From Eledone cirrhosa (Eukaryota): 64,000 nt of DNA. The stretch is taken from contig OZ024753.1 in the NCBI GenBank assembly GCA_964016885.1, positions 7,068,001-7,132,000 of the forward strand. Direction: 5' to 3'. Both the position numbers and the translations under genes were made by a program. The notes under the pieces were generated by a model that ran no database searches, was not told the DNA's origin, and saw nothing but the letters and a program-made list of their open reading frames with translations. Positions 27,299 to 44,800 of the stretch are shown here, one piece after another (the first letter of the stretch is position 1; the number at the start of each line of letters is the position of its first letter).

Positions 27299-27983
27299 AA
27301 ATATATCAGATCTAACATATGTTTCGATACCATTGAACCGGAAAAGAACAGGAGTCTTTATTCAGGGCGGTGGATTGTTCTGTACCGGTAGAGCATCGGG
27401 CACTTTGCCCAATAAAGGGCCATAACTCTGTGCTAAAAAGCACGGTTTCCGACGCTCTGACGACTCTGCCAATCCGCCGCCCTGGCTACATATATAATAT
27501 CGACACTTAGATTTGTAGTTAGACGTACCAACAATAGTTCTTTCCTCCATGAGTACCTTCTTCGGGAATGTATTATATGAACGTTCTGCTTGCTAGAAAT
27601 AGCAGAACAATCTCACTCAATTCACATAATTTGCGATCGAAAGGCCGTGCGTTCGATTCCCCAATATGACGGGGCGTTGAGCACATGAACAAGACATTTT
27701 ATTTTATGTTATTCCATCAATGGATTGGCCTTATATGTAAAGTGTCGGAAACATACTTTGCGTCATACAGTTATGACCCTTTATCCTGCTGTGATTCTCA
27801 TATTAAAGTACCAGTAACACACTGGAGTCAATTTACTTCAGACCATACCCCTTAAAATTGTTGGCCAGAAAATATTTTATGTCATTCTAGTTCACTCAAC
27901 TGACAGACATGAGTTGTACCTTTAATTTAAGGGCGCAAATATTGTCACCCATTGCGACACACAAAATCATCTTGAGTCCTACA

Positions 27984-28235
27984 TTAAGAGTGCACATGTC
28001 TGGAAAAGACAGAGTTACATTCTCCTGAATTAAAAATTAAACATGCAGGCTTTTCCGTTGATAGAATGTTGGAGTACTCGATTTCGGGAACGTCGTTGGG
28101 AGAAAGGAAGGTTGATAAACAAGAAGATACGATTTCAATAGATTTCACCTCCGATAACCACCTTATATCAAAATGGATTCTAAGTAGTAAACTATATTTT
28201 AGTCTGAGGGTAGTATCGATATTAACAACCAACCA
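27984..28235 (-). mobile_element. Degenerate Penelope-like GIY-YIG C-terminus
   Basis: IDTTLRLKYSLLLRIHFDIRWL...EIEYSNIL...FNSGE...SRH aligns loosely with the 17090-17310 peptide. Confidence 0.45.
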
Positions 28236-28516
28236 TACACGCTTCCCGCTTCGTGTCATAATAAATAATCAATGTTATTGAAATTCAAGCAAGAAAGATT
28301 CTATACTTCACGGCCACTAGATATTTCGATAATTTCAAATAAAATAAAATAAAATAAATAAAAGCATTCCTCTTTAGAAAATCGGTTTATTGGGGCGATA
28401 TAGTTCATAGTTCTGGGCATATATCGTGCAGATGTGAATATATGAATTGCGTATATAAATGTGTATATATAAATATATATATATATATATAATAACAATA
28501 ATAAAACATACACACA

Positions 28517-28563
<47 letters not shown>

Positions 28564-28792
28564 AAAAAACGTATATATATATATATATGTGTATATATGG
28601 ATATATATATGTTTTTTATTTTATTTTAATTTTACTTTATTTTACTTGATGTTATTGCATTTTATCTGGTCCTGTTTTTCATATCTTTTGCGCCCAGTTA
28701 CCTTATATAAATATTAATGCTTGCGCTTATCTAACCTCCCATGTTATGTATCTTCCAAATGTTCTTGTGAAAAAGATTTTAAATTTTATTAT

Positions 28793-28841
28793 TAACTCTG
28801 ATGAAATCGGCCTTATGCTAGGATGAAACGATCATTAGTTA
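28793..28841 (+). ncRNA. Hammerhead motif (stem III mismatch)
   Basis: TAACT CTGATGA A ATC..GAT GAAAC GATC ATT AGTTA. Confidence 0.6.
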
Positions 28842-28904
28842 TTAAATGTTTGAAAGATTAAACGCTCTTTGATTATTATTTACATTGTATGGATATATGC
28901 ACAT

Positions 28905-29116
28905 CTATCTATCTACACACACATATATATATATAATATATGTATATATGTATATATATATGTATATATGTGTATATATATGTATTTATATATATGTATA
29001 TATATATATATACACACACATATATATCTATATATATGTATATATGTGTATATATGTGTATATATATGTATGTATATATATGTATATATATATATACACA
29101 CATATATATATCTACA

Positions 29117-29168
<52 letters not shown>

Positions 29169-29190
29169 TATATATATATATACATATATG

Positions 29191-29249
<59 letters not shown>

Positions 29250-29285
29250 GGGGGGTGTATGTGTGTATAGTATATATACACATAT
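28905..29285. repeat. Compound (TA)/(TG)/(CA) microsatellite
   Basis: Direct reading. Confidence 0.95.
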
Positions 29286-30148
29286 AATTAGTAAGATAGA
29301 CACATGTAGCACTATATATATCTGTATATATGCGCGACAGTGTGTATAGTTGTAGACAACAGTATTGAAATTTGCATGTATATGAATTTTCAATTCTTAC
29401 ATAGCGTTCATTTCTTTTGATTGGTTGTAAGTTATTAATTTCAAATACACTGATTATAGTATTGAATTCCTAATGGTCCATTGAAAACAAGGTGTATTGA
29501 AGTCATAATAATGTCTTGGACAATCAATGCCACGAATTCTGTCAGACATCTTCATTCCACCCCATTAATTGGCGCTTGTAATTGATCTATATCTATTATC
29601 CTTAGAAACATAAAGGTCAGATGCATAATTGTAAGAAAGGAAAATTTTATTCAGATACAATTGAAGAATACTGCTCATTATTTTCGAAAATTTACTACAA
29701 ATACTCTATGTCTTCTGTTAAATTCATTATATTTTGATTCACATTTAAAACTAAATCTTCTCCGCCTAAAGAAATCTACTTATAGCTGCGTTTGTAGTTC
29801 AGCATGTAAATTGCTTGGTTTGGCTTTGGCTTAACTTAAGGTCGTCGTTCCGTCTACGTTTACTAAGTTTCCGCCATTTGAAATATTTTTCTAAGTATAC
29901 GTCGGTATACGTTGTTACATTCATTTATGTGAATGAATATGTATAAACCTAATTCTATATACAGTGTGAAATTGGTTCTCAGCATATAACTTATGGCCTT
30001 TCGTAGATTTTAATATATTTTTCAGTTCCAACATTACATTTTTTTTACTTGTTCCTACGTTCCTGTTATTGCTACACCGTTTCGGTCATTTCTCCTTTCT
30101 CACACGATTAAACGTCTCTAATTTGTCTTCATAATCACCACTCTCAAA

Positions 30149-30497
30149 ATAATTGTTTCTACATTTGGCTCAAAGCCAGCAATTACCCCAGTGCAATACT
30201 GGTACTTTATTTTATCGACCCCGTATGGATGAAAGGCAAAGTTAACCTCGGCGGGATTTGAAATCACACTATAAAGGGCCGTAACTCTATGCTGCAAAGC
30301 ATGGCGTACGACGCTCTACCGATACTGCCAATCCACCAAAATAATGATTTACAATTTAGGTACAAAGCCAACAATATGTGGGGAGAGGAAAAGTGGTGAC
30401 GTCGACCCTAGTATGTGACTGGTATTTTATTTGATCAACAGCTAAAAGATGAACGGCAAAATTGACATTGGTGGGATTTGAACTCAATCCACCGCTC
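30149..30497 (-). mobile_element. Two tandem main-family SINEs
   Basis: 30149-30337 and a more diverged 30340-30497. Confidence 0.9.
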
Positions 30498-31568
30498 TAA
30501 AAATAATAACTATGTAATCACAATCCATATTTATAAGCTATCGCTACCCGTGAAATAGAATATTACGATAGGAAAGTAAGTTTTGGGTGGTAACATTCAA
30601 AAATGTAGGAATAGTGTGCCTTTATAGTTTGTTTATTTTCATTCCTTGCTTGCTGATTGGAGACGGAATTCTCAACATGTGACAATTCCACACATGTATT
30701 AAGCTTTGCTAGTTAAACACGTACTGAGTGCATTATGATAACTAACTAGTGGACGTTACAAGATTAAATTTAAATATTTAACCAAAAGCTAATTAACAGA
30801 AAACATGGAATAAACTTATTTTTCACATGTTAACAGTTAATAATTAATTCGGAAACTTTAAACAGTTGATGGGAGAAAATAATTGTACACGAAAATTATG
30901 TAAAGAAATTATCGAAGACAAGAATTATATGGATTCAAGGTAGAATTTGCTTAAGATAGGAATCTTGAATATTCATATTAACTGTATTGTGGCATTATTC
31001 GTTGATTCTACGAATTAAAATATTTAATTTCAATTTTGAATTGTTATTGAAAACAAGATAGTTATGAATATTTGATAACAACTCTATCTGTGAATGTGTA
31101 TTCTTTGGAAAATATTTCAATATTCAACATCATTTCTTTCATTCCAATTTATTTTTCTATTATCTTTTATTATTATTTTAGTGTTTGCATATTCAATTTA
31201 ATACATCAAACAGTGTAACTCGTGAGTACTACTTACGCAATTCTCTCAGTAATGCTTAGGTAATTCTCATGAATTTCAAAATATACTATCTGATCACAGT
31301 GGGAAGCTCTAGGTACAAGTTTCCATATACCAATTGATTCTGATCTTATTATTGGCAAACAGAAAAAGAGAGGTAACTGGCAAAAAGTGTATGAGAGTTG
31401 ACAGATTATTGAACAGGATCTAATTACACGGTTATATTATCTGCCTTCAAATTTCTACCAGTCTTCATATTGATTTTCAACCTTTTGTGTTTAGTAAAAT
31501 GCACAACAGACGACAACAATGTTCGGTTTGACAACTGTAGTCTATCACAATGTATATATCGTTGGGTC

Positions 31569-34279
<2,711 letters not shown>

Positions 34280-34326
34280 ACCCGAACATTGTACTTGACT
34301 GTTGTATATTTTACCAAACAAAAGGA

Positions 34327-34377
<51 letters not shown>

Positions 34378-34384
34378 AAAGAGA

Positions 34385-34460
34385 CAGGACCCCGTCGGCT
34401 GAGCTCCGGTCGTTTCGACAGCAAGATCCGAACTAAGCCACCAGTATTAGAAAGGCGGGA
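34385..34460 (-). repeat. Single-arm copy of the CGAAAC..GAGCTCAGCCGTCGGGGTC dispersed family
   Basis: Matches 38907-39020, 51881-52003 and 53471-53550. Confidence 0.7.
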
Positions 34461-34660
34461 TTCTAGCTGAACTTATGAAGGTGTACATTCCATATATGGG
34501 CATGCAGTGAAAGCAAAAAAAGCAAAAATATTTAATAAAAAAAATCCTAAAAGTTTGTTATTTTTCTTGTTTATCACGGGGAGTGGTCAAGGATCTAGGA
34601 TGCGGTTTACATAGTTAAATTCCTTCATAGTGGCGGGACGCTAAACAGGCCTGAAAAACG

Positions 34661-35103
34661 TGTTGTTGTCTGGCATGTTCGTATAGTACTATACGAACAT
34701 GCCAGGCAACAACATGACGGTAACATAGACAACATAGAAATTATAATAATATCTAAACATAGAAATGACCTAGCAGATAGGCAAATCAGAGAGGCTAGTG
34801 AAATAGAAGTTAGAAGGCCAAGGCTAAACAGAAAGCATGAATGGAATAACAACACTGACCGAAGAGAAGTAGAAATAAATAAATAGATAAATAAATAAAT
34901 AAATAAATACATACACAAGCACAATAACAACACCCAAACAAATAACACTGACCGAAGAGAAGTATAAATAAATAAATAAATAAATAAATACATACACAAA
35001 CACAATAACAACACCCAAACAAACAACACTGACCGAAGAGAAGTATAAATAAATAAATAGATAAATAAATAAATAAATACATACACAAGCACAATAACAA
35101 CAC
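34661..35103 (+). mobile_element. Penelope-like GIY-YIG C-terminus with a 5' fold-back palindrome and a tandemly repeated 3' region
   Basis: YEHARQQHDGNIDNIEIIIISKHRNDLADRQIREASEIEVRRPRLNRKHEW; palindrome 34661-34714; three 81-93 bp units from 34851. Confidence 0.7.
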
Positions 35104-35119
35104 AGGAAACAAGTACCAC

Positions 35120-36046
35120 CAATCTCTGGGAGGGCCCTGTAGAAACAGTAGACAGCTTCTGCTACCTAGGTGACCGAATTAGCAACGGAGGTGGGTGCTC
35201 AGAAAGTACAATAACTAGGGTAAGAACGGGATGGAAGAAGTTTAGGGAACTACTACCACTGCTAGCTGCAAAAGGCTTCTCCCTCAGAATGAAAGGCAGA
35301 CTGTATGATGCGTGTATCCGAACAGCGATGTTGCATGGTAGTGAGACCTGGGCGCTGAAGGTGGAAGACTTACGTAGATTAGAGAGAAACGAAGCCTGCA
35401 TGCTCCGATGGATGTGTAACAGTAATATACGCGAACGACAAAGCATAAATGAATTGAGAGAGAGACTGAGCATAAGAGGAATCAAATGCTGCGTGCAGGA
35501 GAGGCGGTTACGCTGGTATGGACATGTGATGCGTATGAAGGATGACAGCTGCATAAAAAGGTGCAGAGCACTAGAAGTTGATGGAAACCGCGGAGTGGGG
35601 AGACCCAAGATGACTTGGGATGAGGTGATAAAAGCCGACCTTACCCAACTACACCTCTCAAAGTCAATGACACACGACCGTGACTTCTGGCGTCACGCAG
35701 TAATACAGGGTACCCGACCTCCCATGGGTACATGCTGAAGCATATAAACAATATGCCCCCCCCCCCCCCCCCACCGCAAGGTGGTCGTGGAGGTGCCACG
35801 GCAAAAAAGCTCCCAGCCCACACTGTAAAGTGGACGTGTAGGCGCCACGAAAAAGCACCCAGCACTCACTGTAAATGAGGTTGGTGTTAGGAAGGGCATC
35901 CAGCTGTAGAAATCAAGCCAGATCAGTTCCTGTATGAGCAAGGCATGGTCAGCCGACCAGACACTGCCCACAACAGGACAACCCGTCTAACCCATGCTAG
36001 CGTGGAAGAACGGACGTAAAACGGTGATGATGATGATGATGATGAT
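35120..36046 (+). mobile_element. RTE-clade LINE, 5'-truncated, with intact ORF end, 3' UTR and (GAT)n tail
   Basis: VETVDSFCYLGDRISNGGG...GWKKFRELLPLL...MLHGSETWAL...RRLRWYGHVMRM...RGVGRPKMTW; open to the stop at 35738. Confidence 0.95.
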
Positions 36047-36097
36047 ATTCATATATATATACAATACATACGCACACATATTCAGACAAATATCTAC

Positions 36098-36146
<49 letters not shown>

Positions 36147-36171
36147 TGTACTTATATATATATGTGTGCAC

Positions 36172-36207
<36 letters not shown>

Positions 36208-36579
36208 ACTTACATACTTATATATATATGTGTGTGTATATATCTGCGTGTGTGTGAGTCGGGTGTGAAATCTAGAACGACAAACGTGATTATAACACAT
36301 GCGTAAACTGAATTAGATAAAGAAATGATAGATACGAAATAAGAAATACAAAAAAAACGATACACGAAATAGAAAGTTAATCAAGAATAGACTGTACAAT
36401 TCCAGACACGTATTACAGGAACAACTGAAAATTCCTCTTGATTGATTCAATATAAATGATTGTAGAGACTAGCATGAGGAATACAACAGAGAAGACTTTG
36501 TATCAACAATAGATATGTTTCGGTTCAAGCAGACTAATGCCATGATAAAAAAAGGATAAATATCCTATAAATATCTTGT

Positions 36580-37010
36580 GGCGTTGATGAGGCACCTTCA
36601 AATGGCGTGTCTAGGGCACTTTTAAACTTTTAATCCCTGGCGGATCCCAACCCTCTCCAGGTCTGAACATAGCCGATTTTTTTCTATAGAGGAAGAATTG
36701 ACCCCAGTACTGAACTGGTACCATAACTCCGTGTGGAGTCATAGAAGCACCGTCAAACGGCATGACAAGAGTACTTTTAAACCTTTAATCCTGGCGGAGC
36801 TCAACCCTCTCCAGGTCTGAACACAGCCAATTTTTTCTATAGAGGAAGAATCGACCCCAGTCCTGGACTGTTACTTTTTTTTTATCGATCTCTAAAGGAT
36901 GGAAGGCAAAGTTGACCCCGTCGGGATTTGAACTCAGAGCACGCAATGAGGTGGGACGAATACTGTAAAGTATTCTATCCGACGTGTTAACGACTCTGCC
37001 AATTCGCTGC
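36580..37010 (-). mobile_element. Alternative-tail SINE with duplicated tail
   Basis: Tail block at 36617-36720 and 36773-36870; head ends at 37010. Confidence 0.75.
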
Positions 37011-37069
37011 CTTGATGGAATGATGTAGAACCAAACTGAAGCAGGTCAAATGTCCAATGAATACAAAAT

Positions 37070-37275
37070 AATAGGCGACGAGCTGTCCAGAGGCAGGTGT
37101 GAGTCTCGCGAGATGGAATGGCTCTTCCAGCGCATCTCCCTTACCATCCTCCGGAGAAATGCCTTCTCCATTCTGTTCGCCGGGGTTGTGGAGAGGCAAG
37201 CATGTGGGACCCCATTTGCTCAGAATACCGAGAGATGGAGTTGATGACAGTGGGAGTTCGGCTCTTCCGTGTATG
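37070..37275 (+). mobile_element. CRE-clade 3' fragment, second copy
   Basis: IGDELSRGRCESREMEWLFQRISLTILRRNAFSIL...ERWS-stop; collinear with 6828-7050. Confidence 0.75.
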
Positions 37276-37399
37276 GACACATTGCACCCGTCATGAGGAT
37301 CATGTGATCATTTCATTTTACTTGCCACTTATTCAGTATCAACTCCGAACATTGTACTCATCTTGTTCTGCCTATTGCACTTTACGTAATGGTTTCTTA

Positions 37400-37822
37400 T
37401 ATTGGTTTCTTATATAGGCACATGGCCAGCATTTTGGCGGAGGGGCGAGTCGATTAAATCGACCCCAGTGCGCGACTGGTACTTTATTTTATCGACCCCG
37501 TAAGAATAAAAGGCAAAGTTAACCCCGGCGGGATTTGAACTCGGATCATAAAGGGCCGTAACTCTATGCTGCAAAACATGACGTCCGAACCTCTACCGAT
37601 ACTGCCAATCCATCCACAACAATAAAACTAATAATTGCTTCTTCTTTGGGCACAAGTCCAGCAATTATCCCAGTGTATTACTGGTACTTTATTTTATCGA
37701 CCCCGTAAAGATGAAAGGCAAAGTTAACCTCGGCGGAATTTGAACTCAGGTCATATAGGGCCGTAACTCTATGCTGCAAAACATGGCGTCCGTACCTCTA
37801 CCGATACTACCAATCCACCGCC
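37400..37822 (-). mobile_element. Two tandem main-family SINEs (long and short tail)
   Basis: 37400-37615 and 37631-37822. Confidence 0.9.
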
Positions 37823-38219
37823 ATCATTGCGCTTTACATACTAATTATGAAAGTGCCTCTTGTTAAACATTCGTGATCATCTTAATTATTCTATCAACAT
37901 AATTCTCTTATTTTCTCTCCAAATGTACTTTCCTTCACATATTATGTCGCATGATATTCTTTTTCTGTTATCTTTTAATATTGTCGTAATAAAACAGTTG
38001 TCACATGATATACATAGTTCCGAAGAAATAATGTCATGCTTCTATTGAAATATCATACGTAACCTTTAAATGTAAAAATGTTTTATCAATGAAATATCGT
38101 TGCTAATATTTTTACGAATTTACATCACACAGATATGATTCGACCGCTGATATATGTATGTATGTATATATATTATGAAATACTGTTGGCTTCACGATCA
38201 CAATAATTTCTATAGTTTC

Positions 38220-38266
<47 letters not shown>

Positions 38267-38385
38267 TATGTATGTATACATAGTTATTATATATAAATGA
38301 ATAGTGAGAGAGAGAGACAGAGAGAGAGAAAGAGATGTAAGATCCTGAAGGCGGTATCAATTTTGTATGTACATACATATATATA

Positions 38386-38433
<48 letters not shown>

Positions 38434-38504
38434 AAAGAAGAGATATGTATCATAAGAATGGAGGAGAGAAAATATTGTGATGCAGTATATTATCTATTTA
38501 TCTA

Positions 38505-38890
38505 TCTGAAATACCACTTCAGAAAGAAGGTGAGGGTGGAGAGAGAGGCGCTACACCCCAGTAAATTCGCTGAAAGGTGGGTGAATGTGGCGAAAATGGC
38601 CCAAGTAAATGGGCCTTCTCTGTATATAAACCTGTAGGCTGAGGAAGATGAACAGAGGGAAGACAGGAACACCTACAAAACGTGCTCTTGGTGTTGAGGG
38701 CTGTTCTATCTACGGGGTGTAAAACAACCCCGCAGTAACGTTACCCCCCCCCCCGCTAATGGGGATTTCAATTGTTTTATTATATCTAGTTTATTGTTAC
38801 TTATCATTGTTACAGATTTTATGTAAAACCCACGCCGTCACGTTTTGTAATGTCCCATTTTTGTACGCCCCTGTGGCAAATAAAGAAATA
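38505..38890 (+). mobile_element. Tx1/L1-type LINE 3' end
   Basis: LKYHFRKKVRVEREALHPSKFAERWVNVAKMAQVNGPSLYINL-stop; tail CCCTGTGGCAAATAAAGAAATA runs into (TA)n. Confidence 0.65.
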
Positions 38891-38906
38891 TATATATATA
38901 TATATA

Positions 38907-39097
38907 TAGGAGTAAGTAAGACCCCGACGGCTGAGCTCAAGCCGTTTCGACGGCTAATTCAGTACAGAATTAGCCGTCGAAACGGCTTGAGCTCAGCCGT
39001 CGGGGTCTTACCTACTCCTATTACCCACTCTACTACCCTAAGTATTGAGTACTTTGGTGCGTTATGGTCCACCTGGTTCCTTACCACATTTCCTTCG

Positions 39098-39098
<1 letters not shown>
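38907..39098. repeat. Fold-back palindromic element (54-bp arms) with 3' extension
   Basis: 38907-38960 / 38967-39020, one mismatch; homologue at 51881-52082. Confidence 0.95.
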
Positions 39099-39179
<81 letters not shown>

Positions 39180-39473
39180 GTGTATATTCCTTATATGGTG
39201 AACAACATCTCTAGTAGACACGTCTCTGTTTTTTATCCTTGTGAGACTTTTACATCTCGGTTTGTACAAAAATGGTAAATTTATAAACAGCATTTCTGAA
39301 CTTCCAAAGTTTCCCCATGAGAATGTGGAGGGCTGTTGGCTCTCTAACCCTACTTTTGTTTTTATTGTAGGTAAATAGAAAGAAAGACAGAGAGAATGCA
39401 ACAAGGAAAGAGAGAGAGAAAGAAAGAAAGAAGATAGAAAGAAAGAAAAAAGAAAGAAAAGCAGAAAAACAAA

Positions 39474-39508
<35 letters not shown>

Positions 39509-39554
39509 GCAAAAAGAAAGAAAGATGAACTCTCGTAACTCTTGTTGGTTTCTT

Positions 39555-39655
39555 AGAGGCGCCATATTGACATACGACGTTTCTTGGGAATGTTAAGCCT
39601 GGATGAGCCCATCCACTCTCCAGGTCTGAATACAACAGATTTCTTTCAGAGAATG

Positions 39656-39719
<64 letters not shown>

Positions 39720-39846
39720 GTATAATTTGTTTTATCGACCACGAAAGGATGAAAAGCAAGGCTGGCCTCGACGGGAATCTGAACTCAGAGAGCCGCGAAC
39801 CGTTACAAGTACTGCAAAGCAATCTGTCCGACATTCTAACAACTCT
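39555..39846 (-). mobile_element. Alternative-tail SINE with an internal (GA)n expansion
   Basis: Tail block 39555-39655, (GA)n, body and head 39717-39846. Confidence 0.7.
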
Positions 39847-40216
39847 GTAGGCAAATACACTCAACAATATACACAATATATTCATCAGCTGAATTCTTGT
39901 AGGCTTAGTCTTCATAATTGAAGTGTGTCCGTTAGGATTTTAAGTCGTCAGACACGTGTATATTTTGTTTATGACGTGCGTATGTAATAGGAAAAATGGC
40001 GTGGTTTCAACAAATTTAGACTGCATCACACGAAGTCGACAGTGTGAGTTGTATTAAAAACTGGTTGGGAATCATAGAAAATAACAAGGAACATATCTGA
40101 ACGAAAGCAGAAAATCACGGCCGAAGTGTCTGTCGTTGCTCTCTGCTATTTAGTAATGTAATGTGATGTGATGTGAGCATTGATTCTATAACGAATCGTC
40201 TTGTTTGGTTCGAAAT

Positions 40217-40283
<67 letters not shown>

Positions 40284-40287
40284 AGTA

Positions 40288-40318
<31 letters not shown>

Positions 40319-40689
40319 TATGTATATGTATATGTATATATATGTATATATATGTAGAAAAGTGGCCGTATTCTGTGAAATGCCAATTCAAAGAGACAGT
40401 AAAATCAATATTAATCAGTTACGCATTGTTATGAAAGTCCACAAGAAGAAGAAAAAAACGACTAAAAACAAAACAAAAAAAAAAAACAAAGTAAAAATCA
40501 ACCAATCACGTACTTGAATATCGAAGAATTATGTGCCAATAAACGTCCTTATATCTCTTAGAGACTCAGGTAAATTATGATAAATATAAATATCTCGAAA
40601 GAGAAATAAGCAGAACGTGAAGCCTAAAAGAGAAACATTTGCACGGGGGTTATTGAAAAAACAAGCAGAAAACCTATTGAAAAGGATTG

Positions 40690-40779
40690 AAGTGTAAACG
40701 TATAGACAAGTGTAAACATATAGACAAGTGTAAACGTATAGACAAGTGTAAACGTATAGACAAGTGTAAACGTATAGAC
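40690..40779. repeat. 18-bp minisatellite, 5 copies
   Basis: AAGTGTAAACGTATAGAC. Confidence 0.95.
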
Positions 40780-41090
40780 AACAAATAGCAAAATAGTATT
40801 ACTAATCACGACTCACATGAGAGGGAACGTATAGTAAATAAAACTAAATAAAAACTAGAGAAGTAACTCACTAAATATAAGCAGAATCGCCTACAGCACT
40901 GCGCATGGTAGGAGAGCAAATGCACGAAATATGTAAAACCATAATAATATTGATAATGAGGGAAAATATGTCGATTATTGTAAATATTAAACATGTCTGC
41001 TAAGTCGTTATTGAAGAAAGTGCTTCAAGCTAAAAACATTGTAAATATACATATACACTCACACCCACACACACACCCACACATACATAC

Positions 41091-41161
<71 letters not shown>

Positions 41162-41335
41162 ATGTATATATATATGTAAATATATATGTATATATACATG
41201 TATATAGATATATATATTTATATATATACGATCACTACATCTGTTTATCTATCTATGTATATCTATATCTATCTATCTATCTATCTATATATATATATAC
41301 ACAAAAAGAGAGAGAGAGAGCGAGAGAGATAGAGA

Positions 41336-41366
<31 letters not shown>

Positions 41367-41559
41367 TGAGAGAGAGAGAGAGAGAGAGAGGAAGGGAGAG
41401 AGAGAGAGAGGGTGGGAGAGAGGGGATATTCTTTTTTTTTAAATCCCAAAATACAGAATTATTCTTGCTTTGAAGTTATCTTTAAAAGCAAAATAAATTG
41501 TACCAACACGAGCAGAATTATATTGAGTGCTGATATATATATATGTGTGTCTATATACT

Positions 41560-42512
<953 letters not shown>

Positions 42513-42552
42513 GTTGTTGGCCTTGTGCCAAATTTAGAAACAAGTATTGCCA

Positions 42553-42995
42553 TGGTGGATTGGCAGTATCGGTAGAGCGTCAGATATTAGGCTTTGCAGC
42601 ATAGATTTATGGCCCGTTTCGTTTCGGGTTCAAATCCCGCCGAGGTTCACTCTAACTCTCATCCTTACGTGGTTCGATAAAATAAAGCACCAGTAATACA
42701 CTAGGGTAATTGCTGGCCTTGTGCCAAAAGTAGAAACAATTATACAAGCTACTGCAGTAATTAGGAGATTGCTTGCTCCCAACGGGAGTCGATATGGGGG
42801 TCGATAAAATAAAGTACCAGTAATACACTAGGGTAATTGCTGGCCTTGTGCCAAAAGTAGAAACAATTATACAAGCTACTGCAGTAATTAGGAGATTGCT
42901 TGCTCCCAACGGGAGTCGATATGGGGGTCGATGAAATAAAGTACCAGTAATACACTAGGGTAATTGCTGGCCTTGTGCCAAAAGTAGAAACAATA
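42553..42995 (+). mobile_element. SINE followed by 127-bp tandem duplications of its tail plus flank
   Basis: AACGGGAGTC at 42781 and 42908; three tail copies. Confidence 0.9.
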
Positions 42996-43119
42996 TATAT
43001 CTTTATTAACGCTGAATTTATTCATATTTGCCAATAATTGAAAAGCAGGATTAATCGGCGGGCAGGATTTGAACTCAGACCATAAAGGGCCGTAACTCTT
43101 TGCTGCAAAGCATGGCAAT

Positions 43120-43622
43120 AATGATTTCATTTATTGGCCACAAGGGCCGACATATAGGGGACAATACAAAAGACTGGGACAGTGGGGTTTTACAGAAAAA
43201 TCGAATAAACAATATGAATAACAATAACAAAGTAAGGAGAAATATACAACAAGAAAAATTCCCGAATAGAGGGTGGGGGGGGGATGACCATCCAGGGTTC
43301 ACTCATATACCCCACCAATCCTGAACAACCCGAAGCTTCCAGAGCACCCGGAAAGGGCACCCCTCTCCTCCTCAAATTTACGGACCTACAGGCGCATGAT
43401 CAGAGTAGGCCCACTCACAAGGGCCATACTCGCCACATTTACCACCTTTCAGCCACCTTTCAAATGTACTGGGGGGGGGGGCACTTCTCTCTCCACCCTC
43501 ACCTTCCTTTCCAAGTGTAACTTGCAAAAGGTTGATGAGGAATTGGCCGAAGAGAAACGTGTCTGTCTTACGTCCTTTCGACCTAGTCCACCATAACACC
43601 CTCTTTCGCTACTGCCACGATG
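43120..43622 (-). mobile_element. Tx1/L1-type LINE 3' end, diverged subfamily
   Basis: LWWTRSKGRKTDTFLFGQFLIN..., tail CCCTTGTGGCCAATAAATGAAAT; flanked by SINE pieces at 43060-43115 and 43628-43746. Confidence 0.65.
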
Positions 43623-43819
43623 GTGTTAATAATTGTTTCTAGTTTTGGCACAAGGCCAGCAATTATTCCAGTACATTACTGGTACTTTATTTTATCGGTC
43701 TCGTAAGGATGAAAGGCAAAGTTAATCTCGGCGGGATTCGAACTCAATAAAAAGACGTTTGTAAAGAGATGTTGCAGGTGGTTACAACGAAGAAAAGTCA
43801 CGTAGAATATACAATACAA

Positions 43820-43861
43820 GCATACACACACACACACTTATATATATATATATATATACAT

Positions 43862-43913
<52 letters not shown>

Positions 43914-43989
43914 ACACACATATATATATATATACATACACACACATATATATATATACATACACACATATATATATATATATACATAG

Positions 43990-44076
<87 letters not shown>

Positions 44077-44139
44077 GACACATATATATATATATATACA
44101 TACACACATATATATATGTGTGTATGTATATATATACAT

Positions 44140-44180
<41 letters not shown>

Positions 44181-44222
44181 TACACACATATATATATGTA
44201 CACATATACATATACAGATATA

Positions 44223-44265
<43 letters not shown>

Positions 44266-44285
44266 ACACATATATACACACTTAT

Positions 44286-44334
<49 letters not shown>

Positions 44335-44360
44335 CATATATACACACATATATATATATA
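43820..44360. repeat. Compound (TA)/(CA) microsatellite
   Basis: Direct reading. Confidence 0.95.
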
Positions 44361-44371
44361 TTGCAGAAACT

Positions 44372-44800
44372 ACTTGTTAATTTATATATTAGTATATATA
44401 CGTACATACATATATGTATACAGACGTAACTGTAGTATGTATATATATACATACATACATGCACACATATATATATGTACGTAAGGAAAGTATATACTTT
44501 CAGACGTTCAATCATCTGGCAGGAAGGTATACGTTGCTGACGATAGCTAATACGCTTGAAACTAGTACAGCGTTCCTTTGTCAGTGTTGAACAAACGAGC
44601 GACGATAGTTGCTAGACACTGTACGGCTTAATTCGGGATGTTTGTTTACAAACACACCGAGCATTATAATAAATGTTCGATGAATCCATACGTACATATA
44701 TATATATGTGTACATGTATGTATATATATATATATAACATACTACTGTACGTCTGTATACATATATGTATGTACGTATACATACTTATATTTAAGTAACA
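44372..44800. mobile_element. HHR cassette enclosed by about 115-bp inverted repeats
   Basis: 44372-44487 is the reverse complement of 44685-44800 (CAGACGTAACTGTAGTATG / CATACTACTGTACGTCTG). Confidence 0.8.
44506..44592 (+). ncRNA. Type I hammerhead ribozyme, intact core, extended stem I
   Basis: AAGG-TAT-ACGTTG CTGACGA TAGC taatac GCTT GAAA CTAG TA CAGCGT-T-CCTT; distal CTGGCA/TGTCAG and GTTCAA/TTGAAC. Confidence 0.9.

Noticed and set aside
29450-29650. Protein-like minus-strand reading with one stop
   Set aside because: Family not recognised; blastx required
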